Positions 37,824-51,125 of a stretch of DNA of 64,000 bases are shown here, in pieces. This stretch comes from Mobula hypostoma. Its lineage: Eukaryota. Position numbers and translations under genes: made by a program. The notes under the pieces were generated by a model. That model searched no databases. It was not told the DNA's origin and saw only the letters and a program-made list of their open reading frames with translations. Numbering within the stretch: the stretch's first letter is position 1; each line of letters begins with the position of its first letter. Location: contig NC_086097.1 in NCBI RefSeq assembly GCF_963921235.1, positions 110,238,001-110,302,000 on the forward strand, read 5' to 3'.

Positions 37824-38030
37824 TTTCTGCCTTTTTTTATTATTACACCTTTTACTCAACGTTTATGAACACATGCATTCTTCCATTTTCTGCTGCTTCT
37901 TTCAACTTGATTGCTCTTCCCTTCTGAAGAATACATGCTGCACTGCTTTTTGTTTTAACTCAAACATCTCCCTGTGCTTCAACAGGTAGGTAGTCGTCTT
38001 TGGTTCATTTTAAAAATACCTAATCACCAC

Positions 38031-38281
38031 TGTTATGTTTTGGAACTCTAAAACATAAAACTAATTGTGAGGAAAAGACTGAAGCCCAGCAGATAACTCA
38101 GGGGTATTTTGTTTTTACTGTAGCGAGACACACATGTATCATGTGGTAGTGTCATGACGTATGCAATTCATGTATTTTACATATAACCAGTAATTAATTA
38201 TTTAACCAAATAAAGAATGCTTACTCAAACAATATATTTACAATATTACTCAAATATTACTAAACAATTAAATACATACCA
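38031..38281 (-). repeat. 5' LTR of the Mag-type element
   Basis: Collinear with 32972-33097 plus 34863-34995. Confidence 0.85.
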
Positions 38282-38651
38282 TACTTAATGGCTGGCAAGG
38301 ATGCAGCGCATCAAAGGGGTTGTTACTGTATGGGTATATGATTCTACAACATTGTAAGGATGTAAACCATGATATTGCTCACAGTAAACGAAATGGTAAA
38401 TGCAGGAATATTATGCTGCATGACATCTTTGCCAAATTGGAGGACATTCATTTCAAAGCACAAGTCAAACTGTTAAGCAAACAGCTTCAGAATGCAGAGT
38501 TTGTTTGTTACCGGACTCAAGTGGCACTGAACAGAAATCCAACAAATTCTTCCATATTTTTAAAGCATTTTTCTAGCTGGTACTACTACTACTTCTGATC
38601 ATGATGGTGATTAATTCATTCATAGCATTCATTAATGATTGGACACAATAC

Positions 38652-38743
38652 ATATAGAAACATAGAAACATAGAAAATAGGTGCAGGAGTAGGCCATTCG
38701 GCCCTTCGAGCCTGCACCGCCATTTATTATGGTCATGGCTGAT
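38652..38743 (-). mobile_element. Short HER1/CR1 3' tail
   Basis: (CATAGAAA)n followed by GGTGCAGGAGTAGGCCATTCGGCCC. Confidence 0.85.
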
Positions 38744-38852
38744 AGTTTGAGTGATTATTCAAAGAAATAGAAAATCTATAACAAGCTCATGTAGAGATAT
38801 ACAGCAAGTGTCACTACAGAAAATGGGCAATCCTCTCCTGTGGACAGTTCCT

Positions 38853-39350
38853 TTATAACACCATAAGATATAGGAACAGAATTAGGCCATTTGGCCCATT
38901 GAGTCTGCTCTGACATTTCATCATGGCTGATCCATTTTCTCTCTCAGCCTCAATCTTCTGCCTTCTCCCATATTCCCCCATGCCCCGACTAATCAAAAAT
39001 TTATCAACCTTTGCCTTAGATATACCGAGTGACTTAGCCTCCACATCTGTGAATTCCAGATTCACCATTCTCTGGCTGAAGAAATTCCTCCTCTCCTCTG
39101 TTCTAAAAGGATGTCCCTCTATTCCTCCCACCATTGGAAATATCCTTTTCACACCCACTTTACTGAGATCTTTCATCATTTCAATAGGTCTCAATGAAGT
39201 CTCCCCTCATTATTCTGAATTTCAGTGAGTCCAGGCCCAGAGATGTCAAACGCTCTTCATATAATAAACCTTTCAATCCCAGAATCATTTTCATGAACCT
39301 CCTTTGAACAATCTCCAATGTCAGCACATCCTTCCTCAGTTAAGGGGCCT
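38853..39350 (-). mobile_element. CR1 3' fragment
   Basis: PFRTEERRNFFSQRMVNL..EAKSLG and tail. Confidence 0.85.
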
Positions 39351-39622
39351 AGCTGTACCAAAACAGATTAGGTTTAAGTTGAGAAGGGAGGTTTAAAGGG
39401 TATCTGAGGGGCATTTTTTTCACACAAAATAATTGGTATCTGGAATGTGCTACCAGAAGAGAGTCTGAGGCAGGAACATTTCCGGACAGGTACTTGAATG
39501 AGCAAAGCCAAGAGGGATATGGAATTAATGAAGGCTGGTGGGTTAGTACTGATGGGCAATATAGTCAGCGATGATGTGGTGGGCCAAAGGTCCTGTTTAT
39601 ATTCTGTACAACTATGATTCTA
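39350..39622 (+). mobile_element. Decayed CR1 3' end
   Basis: RFKGYLRGIFFTQ..IWNVLPE and tail remnant. Confidence 0.65.
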
Positions 39623-40196
39623 AAATGATTTGTTGTGTTACAATCCTATAAGGTGGTAGATAAATAAAGGGATACAGAAAAATAGTTTATATTTTAGTTA
39701 CTTCACAAAATTTATTACTTGAGTAAGAACATAAAATGTTCAAATTACACCGCAGGTCAGGTCAGACATTATCTGCAGTTAATACTTCAGATGAATGAGC
39801 ATTTATTAGGTATGGAAAAGAGAGTGAAAAGCGATTGAGTGAACAAAGGAAATGTCTATGATAGTGTGGCGAACGAAGGTGTGTCTGGGTGGCACAGTGC
39901 TTTTGGATCCACCTAGTTAATAGGTGAATTAGAGCAGTTTGAGAACACAGAAAAGAGGATATGCTGAAACTGAGATGCAGAGGAGGGCATTTGCTGGAAA
40001 TGTGAAACTAACGAGCATGCTGGGAGTACCCAGCAGATCAGGCACATTAGCAGTGAAAGAGAAATGGAAATAATGCTACTGGATTAGATGACTTTATGCA
40101 AGTAATATTGAGTTCAGACACAAACAGGATAGCTTGTAATCTGAAATTGTTGAATTCATTTTCATTTTAATTCTTCATTCCACAGCCACTCTGACC

Positions 40197-40562
40197 AAAT
40201 GTTAAAAGGCCTAAATGGATTACATATGACAAAGTTATTTCCCATGGTAGGGGAGTCTAGGACAAGAGGGCACAACTTCAGGATTGGAGGATGTCCATTT
40301 AAAACAGAGACGCGGAAAAATTACTTTAGTCAGAGGGTGGTAAATCTGTGGAATTTGTTGCCCCGAATGGCTGTGGAGGCCAAGTCATTGGATGTATTTA
40401 AGGCAGAGATAGATAGGTTCTTGATTAGCCAGGGTATCAAAGGGTATGGGGAGAAGGCATGGAGTGGGGATGACTGGAAGAATTGGATCAGCCCATGATT
40501 GAGTTGCAGAGGAGACTCGATGGGCAGAATGGCCTACTTCTGCTCCTATATGGTTTGGCCTT
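40197..40562 (+). mobile_element. CR1 3' fragment
   Basis: LFPMVGESRTRGHNFRI..FSQRVVNLWNLLP. Confidence 0.88.
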
Positions 40563-41149
40563 ATTCCAACAAAGCCCAAAATACTGTCGGCTTGAGTAAA
40601 AGCACGTTGTCTATCCTCTCAGCATGTTGCAGCCATAAAGGCCCAAAGTCGATTTCAACAGTTTATGATAATCAGCCTTTCCTTTTGTATAAGAACTGGG
40701 CAGTTCAGGTGTAATGACATCCATCTGTAATGTCTCATTCTCTCCATAGATACGACCTGATCTAGTGTGTATTTTCAATTCTCACTTGTTTTAGATTTCC
40801 TGCAGCTAGTCTGTTCCACCTCTTGTAATTCTGGCATCTCCTTCTTAATTTTTTCATTCATCTTTACCGAGATGGTTCCAAAAGCTGTTGTTACAATCTG
40901 GACAACACTGGTTTCATCCCTAGCATAGACATTCACTTTTAATTATTGGTCTACCTGTGAGTTAGGAACAAGTTCAAATCTAACAAAAAAAAAACAAGTT
41001 TTTTGAATGCCACATGCATTAGTTAGCAACATTTATTTCATCTTTAGATTAAAAAATGGAAAAAAGGTACATTTTTAAATATTCAGAATACATGAATGTC
41101 TCAATGTAACAGAACAAAATTGCTGTGTTTTTACTGAACATGGTAATGT

Positions 41150-41275
41150 GGGGCAGCATGGTAGCGTAGTGGTTAGCGCACTGATTTACAGTAGCGGAAA
41201 CCCAGGTTCATTTACTACTGCTGCCTGAGAGGAAATCTGTCCATGGGTGCTCCCGTTTCCTCCCACAGTCCATAA
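41150..41275 (+). mobile_element. tRNA-derived V-SINE (HE1-like), partial
   Basis: A box GGTAGCGTAGTGG, B-box-like GGTTCA, V-domain-like GGGTGCTCCCGTTTCCTCCCACAGTCC. Confidence 0.75.
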
Positions 41276-41344
41276 TACTTATTGTAATTTCTATCAATCC
41301 CAATATGGGTGAAGCCGTACAGGAATAGTGTGAAATTCAAAGCA

Positions 41345-41477
41345 GCACACACAGAATACTGGAGGAACTCAGCAGGCAAGGCAGCATCTATGGAAAAGAG
41401 TAAACATCTTGGGCTGAGTTTTGTGGCAGGGACTCAGCCCGAAACATGGACTGTGTACTCTTGTCCGTAGGTGCTGC
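41345..41477. mobile_element. Penelope terminal-repeat fragment in fold-back arrangement
   Basis: GCAGCATCTATGGAAAAGAGTAAACA .. TGTGTACTCTTGTCCGTAGGTGCTGC; inner stem GGGCTGAGT/ACTCAGCCC. Confidence 0.75.
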
Positions 41478-41764
41478 ATCAAAACTCAAGGCTATTGATG
41501 GCCTTGAACACTGAAGGAAGTATTAATTGGAGAGCTGAGACACAATCTGACATTGACTGGACTGTATGACTGTCTGGACCACTGCTGAGTACTTTGCTCT
41601 CCCAATTTCCTCCTATACTACATCCTTCCCAGACTTCCTCTTGGAACAACTCAGCCCAACAAGCCCCATTCCCAGTCAGTGCTCAACGTGTTTCCTCCAT
41701 GATCTTCATGTTCTGCATGTAAACAACAGAAAAGGAAATTTGCTTGATAATGTCTACTTAATTT

Positions 41765-41960
41765 ATTTTGTTTAGAGCTGCAGCACAGAACAGGCCCTTC
41801 TGGCTCAACCCAGCAACCCACCTACTTAACCCCAACCCAATCACAGGACAACTTACAATGAGCGAATAACCAGCTAATGGGTACATCTTTGGAAACGGAG
41901 CACTCAGAGGAAACACATGTGCTCACGGGGAGGTCTTACAAACCTCATAGATGCAGCAGT
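41765..41960 (-). mobile_element. V-SINE/HE1-like fragment with CR1-type tail
   Basis: ACATCTTTGGAAACGGAGCACTCAGAGGAAACACA and CAGCACAGAACAGGCCC on the plus strand. Confidence 0.65.
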
Positions 41961-42159
41961 TGTACAGTTTCCTTTACTCTGACCTGCTTAGGCCTTTGAT
42001 ATCTGGTGTTAGTCTGATCTACCCAGTGGGAACTGAATGTATTCAGGTCACACACTGATATTACATCTTATTTAACTTTGTACTACTGAAGTACTGCAAC
42101 ATGAAGTACCGTAGAGTAGAATTTATGCACTTGTCCTGACCATATTCATATTCCTTATG

Positions 42160-43680
42160 ATATAGTCAGCTCCATCTTGGGTACTAGCCTACAAAGTACC
42201 CAGGACATCTTCAGGGAGCGGTGTCTCAGAAAGGCAGCATCCATTATTAAGGACCCCCTGCAACCAGGGCATGCCCTTTTCTCACTGTTACCATCAGGTA
42301 CGAGGTACAGAAGCCTGAAGGCACACACTCAGTGATTCAGGAACAGCTTCTTCTCCTCTGTCATCTGTTTACTAAATGGACATTGAATCTTGGGACACTA
42401 CCTCACTTTTACAGTACAGGTGTCCCCCGCTTTTCAAACGTTCACTTTACGAAACCTCACTGTTACGAAAGACCTACATTAGTTCTCTGTTTTCACTAAC
42501 AGAAGGTGTTTTCACTGTTACGAAGAAAAGCAGTGCACAATAAAAAAAGGCAGCACGAAAAAAATCAGCACACCGCACGCCCCGAGCAGCCACTTTCCCC
42601 TGGATTCGGAACGGCATTCTTGTCGGCATTGCTTTAACACATGCCTGTGAGCAGCCATTTGCAAGATGAGTTCTAAGGTATCGGAAAAGCCTAAAAGAGC
42701 TCATAAGTGTGTTACACTTAACGTAAAACTAGACGTAATTAAGCATTTTGATCGTGGTGAACGAAGTAAGGACAAAGTGAGTTTGGCTTGTGGAAGTTGA
42801 CGAAGATGATGTTGAAGAGGTTTTGGCATCCCATGAACAAGAACTGATAGATGAAGAGCTGATGCAATTGGAAGAGGAAAGGATAACAATCGAAACCGAA
42901 AGAGTAATGATAAAGTACGACTTTAATTTTGAAAGAGTACGTCGGTTTAGGGCATATTTGCAAGATGGTTTGAGTCCTTACAAAGAACTGTATGATAGGA
43001 AAAATGCGCGAGGCTAGCAGTCAAGCAAGCCTTCCGCATCAGCCACAGCAGACATCAAACCTCGACCTTCGACATCGAGGCAAGCAGAGGTAGGAGAAGA
43101 TGACCTGCCTGCCCTAATGGAAACAGATGACGATGAGATGACACCCCAGTGTCCCACCACCCCAACCCCCAGGCCGCAGATAGACAGCCGATTCGCGGAG
43201 AATGCAGTGGTAGCCAGGAGCCACACAGCACATCTTTAAGAAAAAAGCCGAAATAAACATGCTAATTAATTAGGTGCCGCCCGGCACGTAATTGTCGACC
43301 CAGATCAGAGGCGATTGCCGATTGCAGGATTAATGTGTTATTTGGCATGATTTGGTATGTTATTTTTGGGTCTGCGAACGCTCACAAAATTTTCCCATAT
43401 AAATAAATGGTAATTGCTTCTTCGCTTTACGGTATTCCGGTTTACGAGCCGTTTCATAGGACCGCTCTACATTCGGATGGCGGGGGAAACCTGTATTTCT
43501 GTTTTTGCACGTTTTTTTAAAATCTATTCAATATACGTAATTGATTTATATGTTTATTTTTATTTATTTATTTATTTTTCTCTGCTGGATTATGTATTGC
43601 ATTGAACTGCTGCTGCTCAGTTAACAAATTTCACATCACATGCCAGTGATAATAAACCTGGTTCTGATTCTGATTCTGAT
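42160..43680 (+). mobile_element. Rex1-type 3' end split by a Tigger element (parts 42160-42416, 43494-43680)
   Basis: KAASIIKDP..GHALFSLLPSG..FRNSFF; tail AATAAA..(GATTCT)n. Confidence 0.85.
42417..43493 (+). mobile_element. Tigger/pogo internal-deletion derivative
   Basis: TIR CAGGT(G/T)TCCCCCGC at both ends; TA TSD; ATG 42666 MSSKVSEKPKRAHKCVTLNVKLDVIKHFDRGE (HTH start) joined to acidic C-terminus EVDEDDVEEVLASHEQEL. Confidence 0.9.
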
Positions 43681-44188
43681 ATAGATGGAGGTTGCTCAGC
43701 CCATCATGTCAGAGTAATCCTATATTTCATTCTCCCCTGCCAGGTTTCTTGTTGTTGGGGTGTATTCTGGAGTTAGGGGATAAAGCAAATATTAATTTCA
43801 GCAGCAACCGGTCTTCAGATTTAAATATGCATTCTGGACTGAGTTTAAAACACAGCTCTGATCAATGACCTAACTGGAGCTGCAGACTGGTGTTGATTGC
43901 AAACCAGGAAACACTCTTCACCTGCGATGTCTGCATATGCATGAATGCAGCCAGAGAGGCAATGGTGATTAACATTCAATCTAGGGTATCTGGAGTGTTG
44001 GTGTGAAGATTTAGGTGTTTGAAAATTATGTGTAACTCAAGTGAAGCATTGTCAACCCAAAGTATTGAAGTAAACAATATCACTGTAAGCACTGAAACTG
44101 TATGGAGTTACCATTGATCTTAAGGGTATAAAAAATGTGATATACTTTGAGATTAGAAGGTCTCTTCTTCCAAAAGTGTCTCCAGTAT

Positions 44189-44452
44189 GATTAGGAAAAA
44201 CTTCTTCACACAGAGTGTGGTGAATCTGTGGAATTCTCTGCCACAGGAAACAGTTAAGGCCAGTTCATTGGCTATATTTAAGAGGGAGTTAGATATGGCC
44301 CCTGTGGCTAGGGGGATCGGGGTTATGGAGGGAAGGCTGGTACAGGGTTCTGAGTTGGATGATCAGTCATGATCATAATAAATGGCGGTGCAGGCTCAAA
44401 GGGCCAAATGGCCTACTCCTGCACCTATTTTCTATGTTTCTATGTTTCTATC
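44189..44452 (+). mobile_element. HER1/CR1 3' fragment
   Basis: IRKNFFTQSVVNLWNSLP and (TTTCTATG)n tail. Confidence 0.9.
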
Positions 44453-47400
44453 TCTGCTTGTGTGCTGAATAAAGACTTCTATACCCACTAGCTTTGGTGT
44501 CTTTATTCACAGTCACAACACTGCAATGTATTTACATGCCCATCAACTTGATCTGAATTGACCTACCACCCAACTACGTGTGTACACAACAGCAAATTTA
44601 CAGTCTCCAATTAACCAACCAACTAGCATGCCTTTGCAGTGTAAGAGGAAACTGAGGTGTGTGGTGGTGGAATTGGGGGGGGAGGGGTGGATTAGAACAT
44701 TGAACTACACCAATAACTGTGTGAGATCACGCCCTGAAAATGTCATTGTCCTTGACTGAGGTGAAGGGAAGATACAGTCATTGCCAGCACTTAAAATATA
44801 TTAACACTAATACGAATTCAAATGAAAAATATTCAGATTCATCAAAATCTGTGTAAAATCTTTGTGGCTTCACAAGTCTGTCCTAAAGATTTTGGCTGAA
44901 ATATTGATAACAAAAGCTACGAAGTAAGCTTATTTACAGGGAGATGGACATTTCAGAAATTGTCAAACTGACCAACCTTAACTATTTAGGTATTCCAAGC
45001 ACATCGAAAGCATGATGAATTTCTCTAACACATTCATTTCAATTGAACCAAGCACATGAACATTCACTGAATGCCATAGTTTGCCTTTCTAAAATATCTC
45101 AAAGGGCTCCACGTGAATCATCGGTTATTTTGTAATCGAGCAGTTGTTATCTTCTACATAGCAAGATCCCAGAAGGAGTGTGATCATGCCATTAATTCAT
45201 GTCTGCTTATAATTTAGAACATGTTTTACGCTGACTGACAGAGAATTGATAATCTTGTTGATCTTTCTGCTATTTTAATAGGTAGTTTAATTTTATAGGG
45301 ATGCTGACCTAGCTAAATTAACAAGGAAGTCTCGCATGTGTGCCTGCACACTCATTTTTACATCAGGTCATTTTAAAATTCTGTGTATTTTTGTGGAGAA
45401 AGAAAATTAAAGATACCAAATATGCTGGAGGATATTGTTCCATTCACATCTTCATGATAATATTTTCTTTTTGAATTCCTCTCATTGTTTTGCATTTTTG
45501 TATGTTCCTCATGCCAGAAGGAGAAAACAAACTCCTACCTTTCCAATGATTAAGAGGAAAAGATGAACAAAATGCCTGCTCCAGCTCTCAGTAAGGCAGA
45601 ACACGCAGAGTGTTTAGAGCAAGAGCGGGCAGAGCTTCTGGGAGATGTACAGACAGCATGTTTCAGATATGCAGAGTCGAATTCTTGGCATTCATCAAAG
45701 CTCGCAGCAAGAGTACCAGATTGTGCCTGTGTCCTCTTCTATATACTTGTTACAATATCAAGTAATTAAGTGAAATAAAATTATGATGCAGTTTGTTGAT
45801 GGTCTAAATCTTATATTACCACCCAATAGTTCTGGTGAACACTTTAGTAACCTTGATAAAGATTCTTTGGGGATCTAAAGTTTCTGGTTAATGCAAGGAA
45901 AGAATTACGTGGATAGTAATTGTCAAATTCAAATTATAAGTTAGTTTATCTATAGAACATTTAAAGTGAACCTCATCGACTTTTATACTCCGGTTGCATC
46001 AAAGGCATGGATTACTTCACACATTCTGTTACAATGCTGATGCCACCAATCCGCATGTAGAATTAATGGGATTCATTCCTGTTAATGAAATGTCAATATA
46101 TATACAATACCAACCAAAGATTATTTCATAACTAATGGCAATAGCATTAGATCTGTCATTTTAATGCCCAGTATATGATCAAAAATTCCTTGACTATTCC
46201 TCGGTCATTCTATATTTGGTTTTATCACTACAGATTTGTTGAGCTGAATTACAGTTAGCCAGGATTGATCATGGCATTCAAACAGAAATGCTATTTAAAT
46301 ATTGACCAGTGATAAATTTGAAGCTGTAGCTATAATATTCTGCAATTCTTTTGGTGCCCAGGATGGATGCATAATACATAATTTTCAGGATAGTCCAAAA
46401 GAAATTCTTAGGCACATATCTCATGTGCTCCATGACACAACTCTTGGTTAATCTTCAGACTTAAAAGTATTGTGTGACATTTATAACTGCAATGTTTTTG
46501 TCAGAGGGGCTATTCTGAGAACCGCTTGCTAAGGGAGACTGTAGGACTCTAACACAGTAAAGCCAATTCTTTGGTTGTGGCTCCCAAGTGCAAGGTTGCA
46601 TGCCAGAATACAACCACATAATATCACCCCTAGCAATATAACAGGAGAAGTGGCAATCTGCCCATTATTCCTTTAATTTATTTTAATGAATTACCTGAAA
46701 CAAAGCAAGACATCTTCTACATGTTTATAGTAAAGGAATGAAAACCCAGAGGCATTTAAGATATGGAACATAAAATGGAGAACATATGGTTTTCTTCCAG
46801 CTTAGAATCTGCATTTTTAATTTTAATTTATACTCACAACTAGATTTCCAGCACCAAGTGAAATTCACTGAATGCAGAAGCATTAACTTCTTCATTTGGA
46901 AATTTTTTGTTTAACAAAAAACAATCCATTATATTGATGTTTTCACTTTGTGTAAGAATAAGCTTATTTCGCTGATGTTTATAATTATTCTGAGTATTAT
47001 AGCTCAAATGATCTGCAGGGATGATTTTTTTTTTGTGAGAAGCAACACATCAACCACAATAGCTCTCAAGTCTGCCCCAAGAATTCTGCCAAGCTGTCAG
47101 AGGACTCCAAGGAGAAGGCCTGACTGGCATCATCCTTCAGCTGCATAAAGGAAAATGCCTGGCTTCAGACCAGCGTAGTTACTAGATTGACAACAGAGCC
47201 AACCTGCTCAAAAAACCATAGCCAGCCAACTAGATTAGTGTGATTCACTAAAACAGACTGTATGCTATCCAAGAATTGTCAGAACCCCGAGCCTTTAGAG
47301 CCTTCATTTGTAGTGGGCTGTCTCAAAGTGTGCTATGGCTTCTGGCCCTTTCACTAATGGGCCAGAATTATATTTCACTAAAATATAATCATATTCTTTT

Positions 47401-47779
47401 TTATGTGCTGTACTGTAATGAAAATAAGTCTTTGAACAATCCTCATGGGACAAAGAAAGATCAGCAAGGCCATGCATATTTTCATCAGTGAAAGCAGTGC
47501 AAAGAAGATGCATCCCATGCTGCAGAGGTGCAACCTAGGGTTGCAATGTTGCTTCTTTGAAGTCTTGCATGAATAGCGTTTGTCTAAACCTGCCAAAGTG
47601 CATCTTGTAACCCATTAGCTGTAAATTATATTTTTGTTTATCAAATGATATAATATAGTAAGTTCTTCACAACAATCTGGCAGGGGTATCCCATTCTAGA
47701 GTAAACAGATGCGTGTAGGAATTCTTGCCTCTCTTTGTCTATCTTCCATAATCTTTACCATATTGCATTATTTGACATT

Positions 47780-48362
47780 ATTGTCAAAGTAAAATTTATT
47801 ATAAAAATTTATTACCTTAAGATTCATTTTCTTGCAGGAATTTTCAGGAAAAGAAATACAATCTAATTTACAAAAATGTACATAAACCAAGACTAACAAA
47901 CGATTAATGAGCAAAAGAAGACTAATAGTGCAAATAAAAAATAATACTGAGGTGTAGGATCCATTCAGAATAGTGGTGAGTGAAGTTATCCATGCCGGTT
48001 CAGGTGCCTGACGGCTGTAGAATAATAACATCTTCGAGGAGCAATGCCTCAACAAGGTGGCGACCATCATTAAAGACCCCATAACCCAGGACATGCCTTC
48101 TTCTCATTGCTACCATCAGGAAGGAGGTACAGAATCCTAAAGGCATGCACTCAGGAATTCTGAAACAGCTCTGCCATCCAATTTCTGAATGGACATTGAA
48201 CCCATGAATGCTACCTCGCTAGCTTTTTATTTCTATTTTTGCACAATTAATTGAATATACCACCCTATAATTCACATTTTTCTGTTATTATGTATTGTTG
48301 CTGCAAAGCCACAGATTTCACAACCTATACTGGTGATACATAACCTGATTCTGTTTCTGATA
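47780..48362. mobile_element. Two Rex1-type 3' ends back to back (minus 47780-48025, plus 48026-48362)
   Basis: Tail motifs on both strands; ATIIKDP..GHAFFSLLPSGRRYR on plus. Confidence 0.7.
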
Positions 48363-48671
48363 ACTGTTCCCGAAATTGGTGGTGTGTTGTATTTGTATTG
48401 TATCATTTTTGATATTTAGAAAGTTTATTCTGTGGGATTTTGTTTTTCCTGCCCTCTGATGTTAGGAAGCTCATATTATGAGGTGCGTCTTCTCCTAGCT
48501 TTTGTTTATCTATGGACTTAGTTTTAGAGAAATTCCTCCTTTCATTCTGACTTGTGCCTGTGGCATTTTATTTCAGCAACTGTGCTACTCAACCAAGAAA
48601 CTGTCAAGCCACTGCTCCCTCTGTTGGAATTACTGTGTGACTACATGGCCATTCACAATATACTGTACTGA

Positions 48672-48835
48672 TAAAACACTAAAGATTCTGCAGATGCTGG
48701 AAATCCAGAGACACACAAAATGCTTGTGGAACTCAACAGGTCAGGCAGCATCTATAGGGAGGAATTAAAAAGTCCGCATTTCGAGCTGAGATCCTTCCTC
48801 AGAGTTGAGTTCCTCCAGTACATAGTGTGTGTTCT
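48672..48835 (-). mobile_element. Penelope terminal-repeat fragment with short inverted piece
   Basis: CTGCAGATGCTGGAAATCC..GCAGCATCTAT; minus strand CTGAGGA-AGGATCTCAGCTC-GAAA. Confidence 0.75.
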
Positions 48836-49029
48836 CTTTTATTCACAGCAGCTTGGAAATGGCAAAAGCCATTTTCAGCCAAACATATAGTTAATAGGGA
48901 ATTTATCTTTCATGATATTTGAGCAACACTGGTAAGACTATATATCTTGCACAAGCCTAATTTTTCTATTATTTCTATATGACCTATCTTTAATTTAAGC
49001 ATTTCAAGTTTTTTTTCAATTTCCCTTTG

Positions 49030-51125
49030 TCAGAATCAGGTTTAATATCACCAGCATATGTCATGAGATTTGTTTGTTTAAGTGGCAGCAGTACAATACA
49101 ATACATAATAATAAAAGGACTGTGATTTACAGTAGATATATATAGTTAAATTAAATAAGTAGTGTATTGTTCATGGGTTCATGGATTCAATGTCCATTCA
49201 GAAATCTGAAGCCTATAGACCCATGTACCTCCTTCCTGATGGTAGCAATGAGAACAGGGCATGTCCTGGGTGATGGGGGTCCTTAATGATGGATGCCGCC
49301 TTTCTGAGACATCGCTCCTTGAAGATATCCTAGATGCTACAGAGGCTAGTGCCCATGATTTGAGCTGACTGAATTCACAACTCTCTGCAGCTTACTTTGA
49401 TGCAGTACAGTAGCCCCCAGCATCCCCACCCCCCCCGCCCCGTACCAGACAGTGACACAGACAATTAGAATGCTGTCCATGGTACATCTGTAAAGCTTTG
49501 CGAGTATCATTGGTGACATACCAAATTTCCTCAAACTACTAATGAAATTGAATTGAATTGACTTTATTTCTTATATCATTCTCATACATGAGGAGTAAAA
49601 ACCTTTACATTACGTCTCCATCTAAATGTGCAATGTGCAATCATAGTAATTTATAAAAATTTATAATAAATAGAACAGTTAATGTAACGCAGAAATACAC
49701 TCAGATCAGTGTGAGTTCATCAGTCTGATGGCCTGGTGGAAGAAGCTGTCCCAGAGCCTGTTGGTCCTGGCTTTTACGCTGCGGTATCGTTTGCCGGATG
49801 TAACAGCTGGAACAGTTTGTGGTTGGGGTGACTCGGGTCCCCAATGATCCTTCGGGCCCTTTTCTCACACCTGTCTTTGTAAGTGTCCTGAATCATGGGA
49901 AGTTCACAACTACAGATGCGCTGGGCTGTCGGCACCACTCTCTGCAGAGTCCTGTGATTAAGGGAGGTACAGTTCCCATACCAGGCAGTGATGCAGGCAG
50001 TCAGGATGCTCTCAATTGTGTCCCTGTAGAAAGTTCTTGGAATTTGGGGCCCATACCAAACTTCCTCAACCGTCTGAGGTGAAAGAGGTACTCTTGTGCC
50101 TTTTTCACCACACAGCTGGTGTGTACAGACCACATGATGTGGTGATGTGAATGCCGAGGAACTTGAGCTGTTTACCCTCTCAACCCCAAATCCATTGATG
50201 CCAATAGGGGTTAATCCCTATATATATAGTCATCATCGTACCACCTTTGTAAATACATCGATAAGTTGAGCCCAGGATAGATCCTCAGATATGCTAACAC
50301 CAAGGAACTTGAAATTGCTCACAATTTCAATTTCTGGTCCTTTTATGACTGGTATGTGTGCTCTTGTCTTACCCTTTTTGAAGTCCACAATCAGTTCTTC
50401 GGTCTTACTGACCTTGAGTGCAAGGTTGTTACTGTGACACCGCTTAACTAGTTGATATATCTCGCTTCTGTGTGCCTTCTTGTCACTATCTGAAATTCGG
50501 CCAACAATAGTTGTGTTGTCAGGAAAATTACGGATGGCATTTGAGCGGTGCCTAGCCACACGGTCATGGGTGTAAGGGGAGTAGAACAGTGAACTAAGCA
50601 CACATCCTTGAGGTGCGCCAGTGTTGATTGTCAGCAAGGTGGAGATGTTATTTCTGGTCTGCACAGACTGTGGTCTTCCAGTGAGGAAGTCGAGGATCCA
50701 TTTGCAGAGGGAGGTACAAAGACCCAGGTTTTGAAGTTTTTTGATCAGAAGTGTAGGAATGATTATGTTAAAAGCTGAGCTGTAATCAATAAACAACATG
50801 CTGACATAAGTATTAATATTGTCCAGGTGATCCAAGGCTGCGTGAAGAACCAATGAGACTGCACCCGTTGTAGACCTGTTGTGACAATAGGCAAATTGCA
50901 ATTGGTCCTGGTCCAAGCTGAGACAGGAGTTGAAACATAACCATCCTCTCAAAGCACTTCATCACCATAGATGTGAGTGCCACTGGGTGATAATCATTGA
51001 GGTAGCTCACCCTGCTCTTCTTGGGCACTGGTATGATTGTTGCCCTTTTGAAGTGGGTGGGAACTTACGACTATAGCAATGAGAGATTGAAAATATCTTT
51101 GAACACACTCACCAGATGGTTGTTC
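49030..51125 (-). mobile_element. Rex1-type LINE with a second Rex1 3' fragment (49546-50213) nested in it
   Basis: [44 protein letters not shown]; two separate tails at ~49030 and (AATTG)n at ~49546. Confidence 0.88.

Larger units (their letters stand above)
32972..38281 (-). mobile_element. Mag-type Gypsy LTR retrotransposon, chimeric (pol core replaced by RBM25 cDNA and CR1)
   Basis: LTRs 38031-38281 and 32972-33097 plus 34863-34995; PBS-like GTGGTGATTAGG; PPT AAACAGGGAGGAG; gag CQFSDGLNDTLRDHLVC..CRFKVETCKKCNKVGH; protease MELNTGSAVSVI; integrase tail RVRKPSQ*LNL* at ~35120-35150; no clear TSD. Confidence 0.85.

Noticed and set aside
41150..41225. tRNA gene
   Set aside because: Degenerate B box and cloverleaf; continues into a V-SINE body
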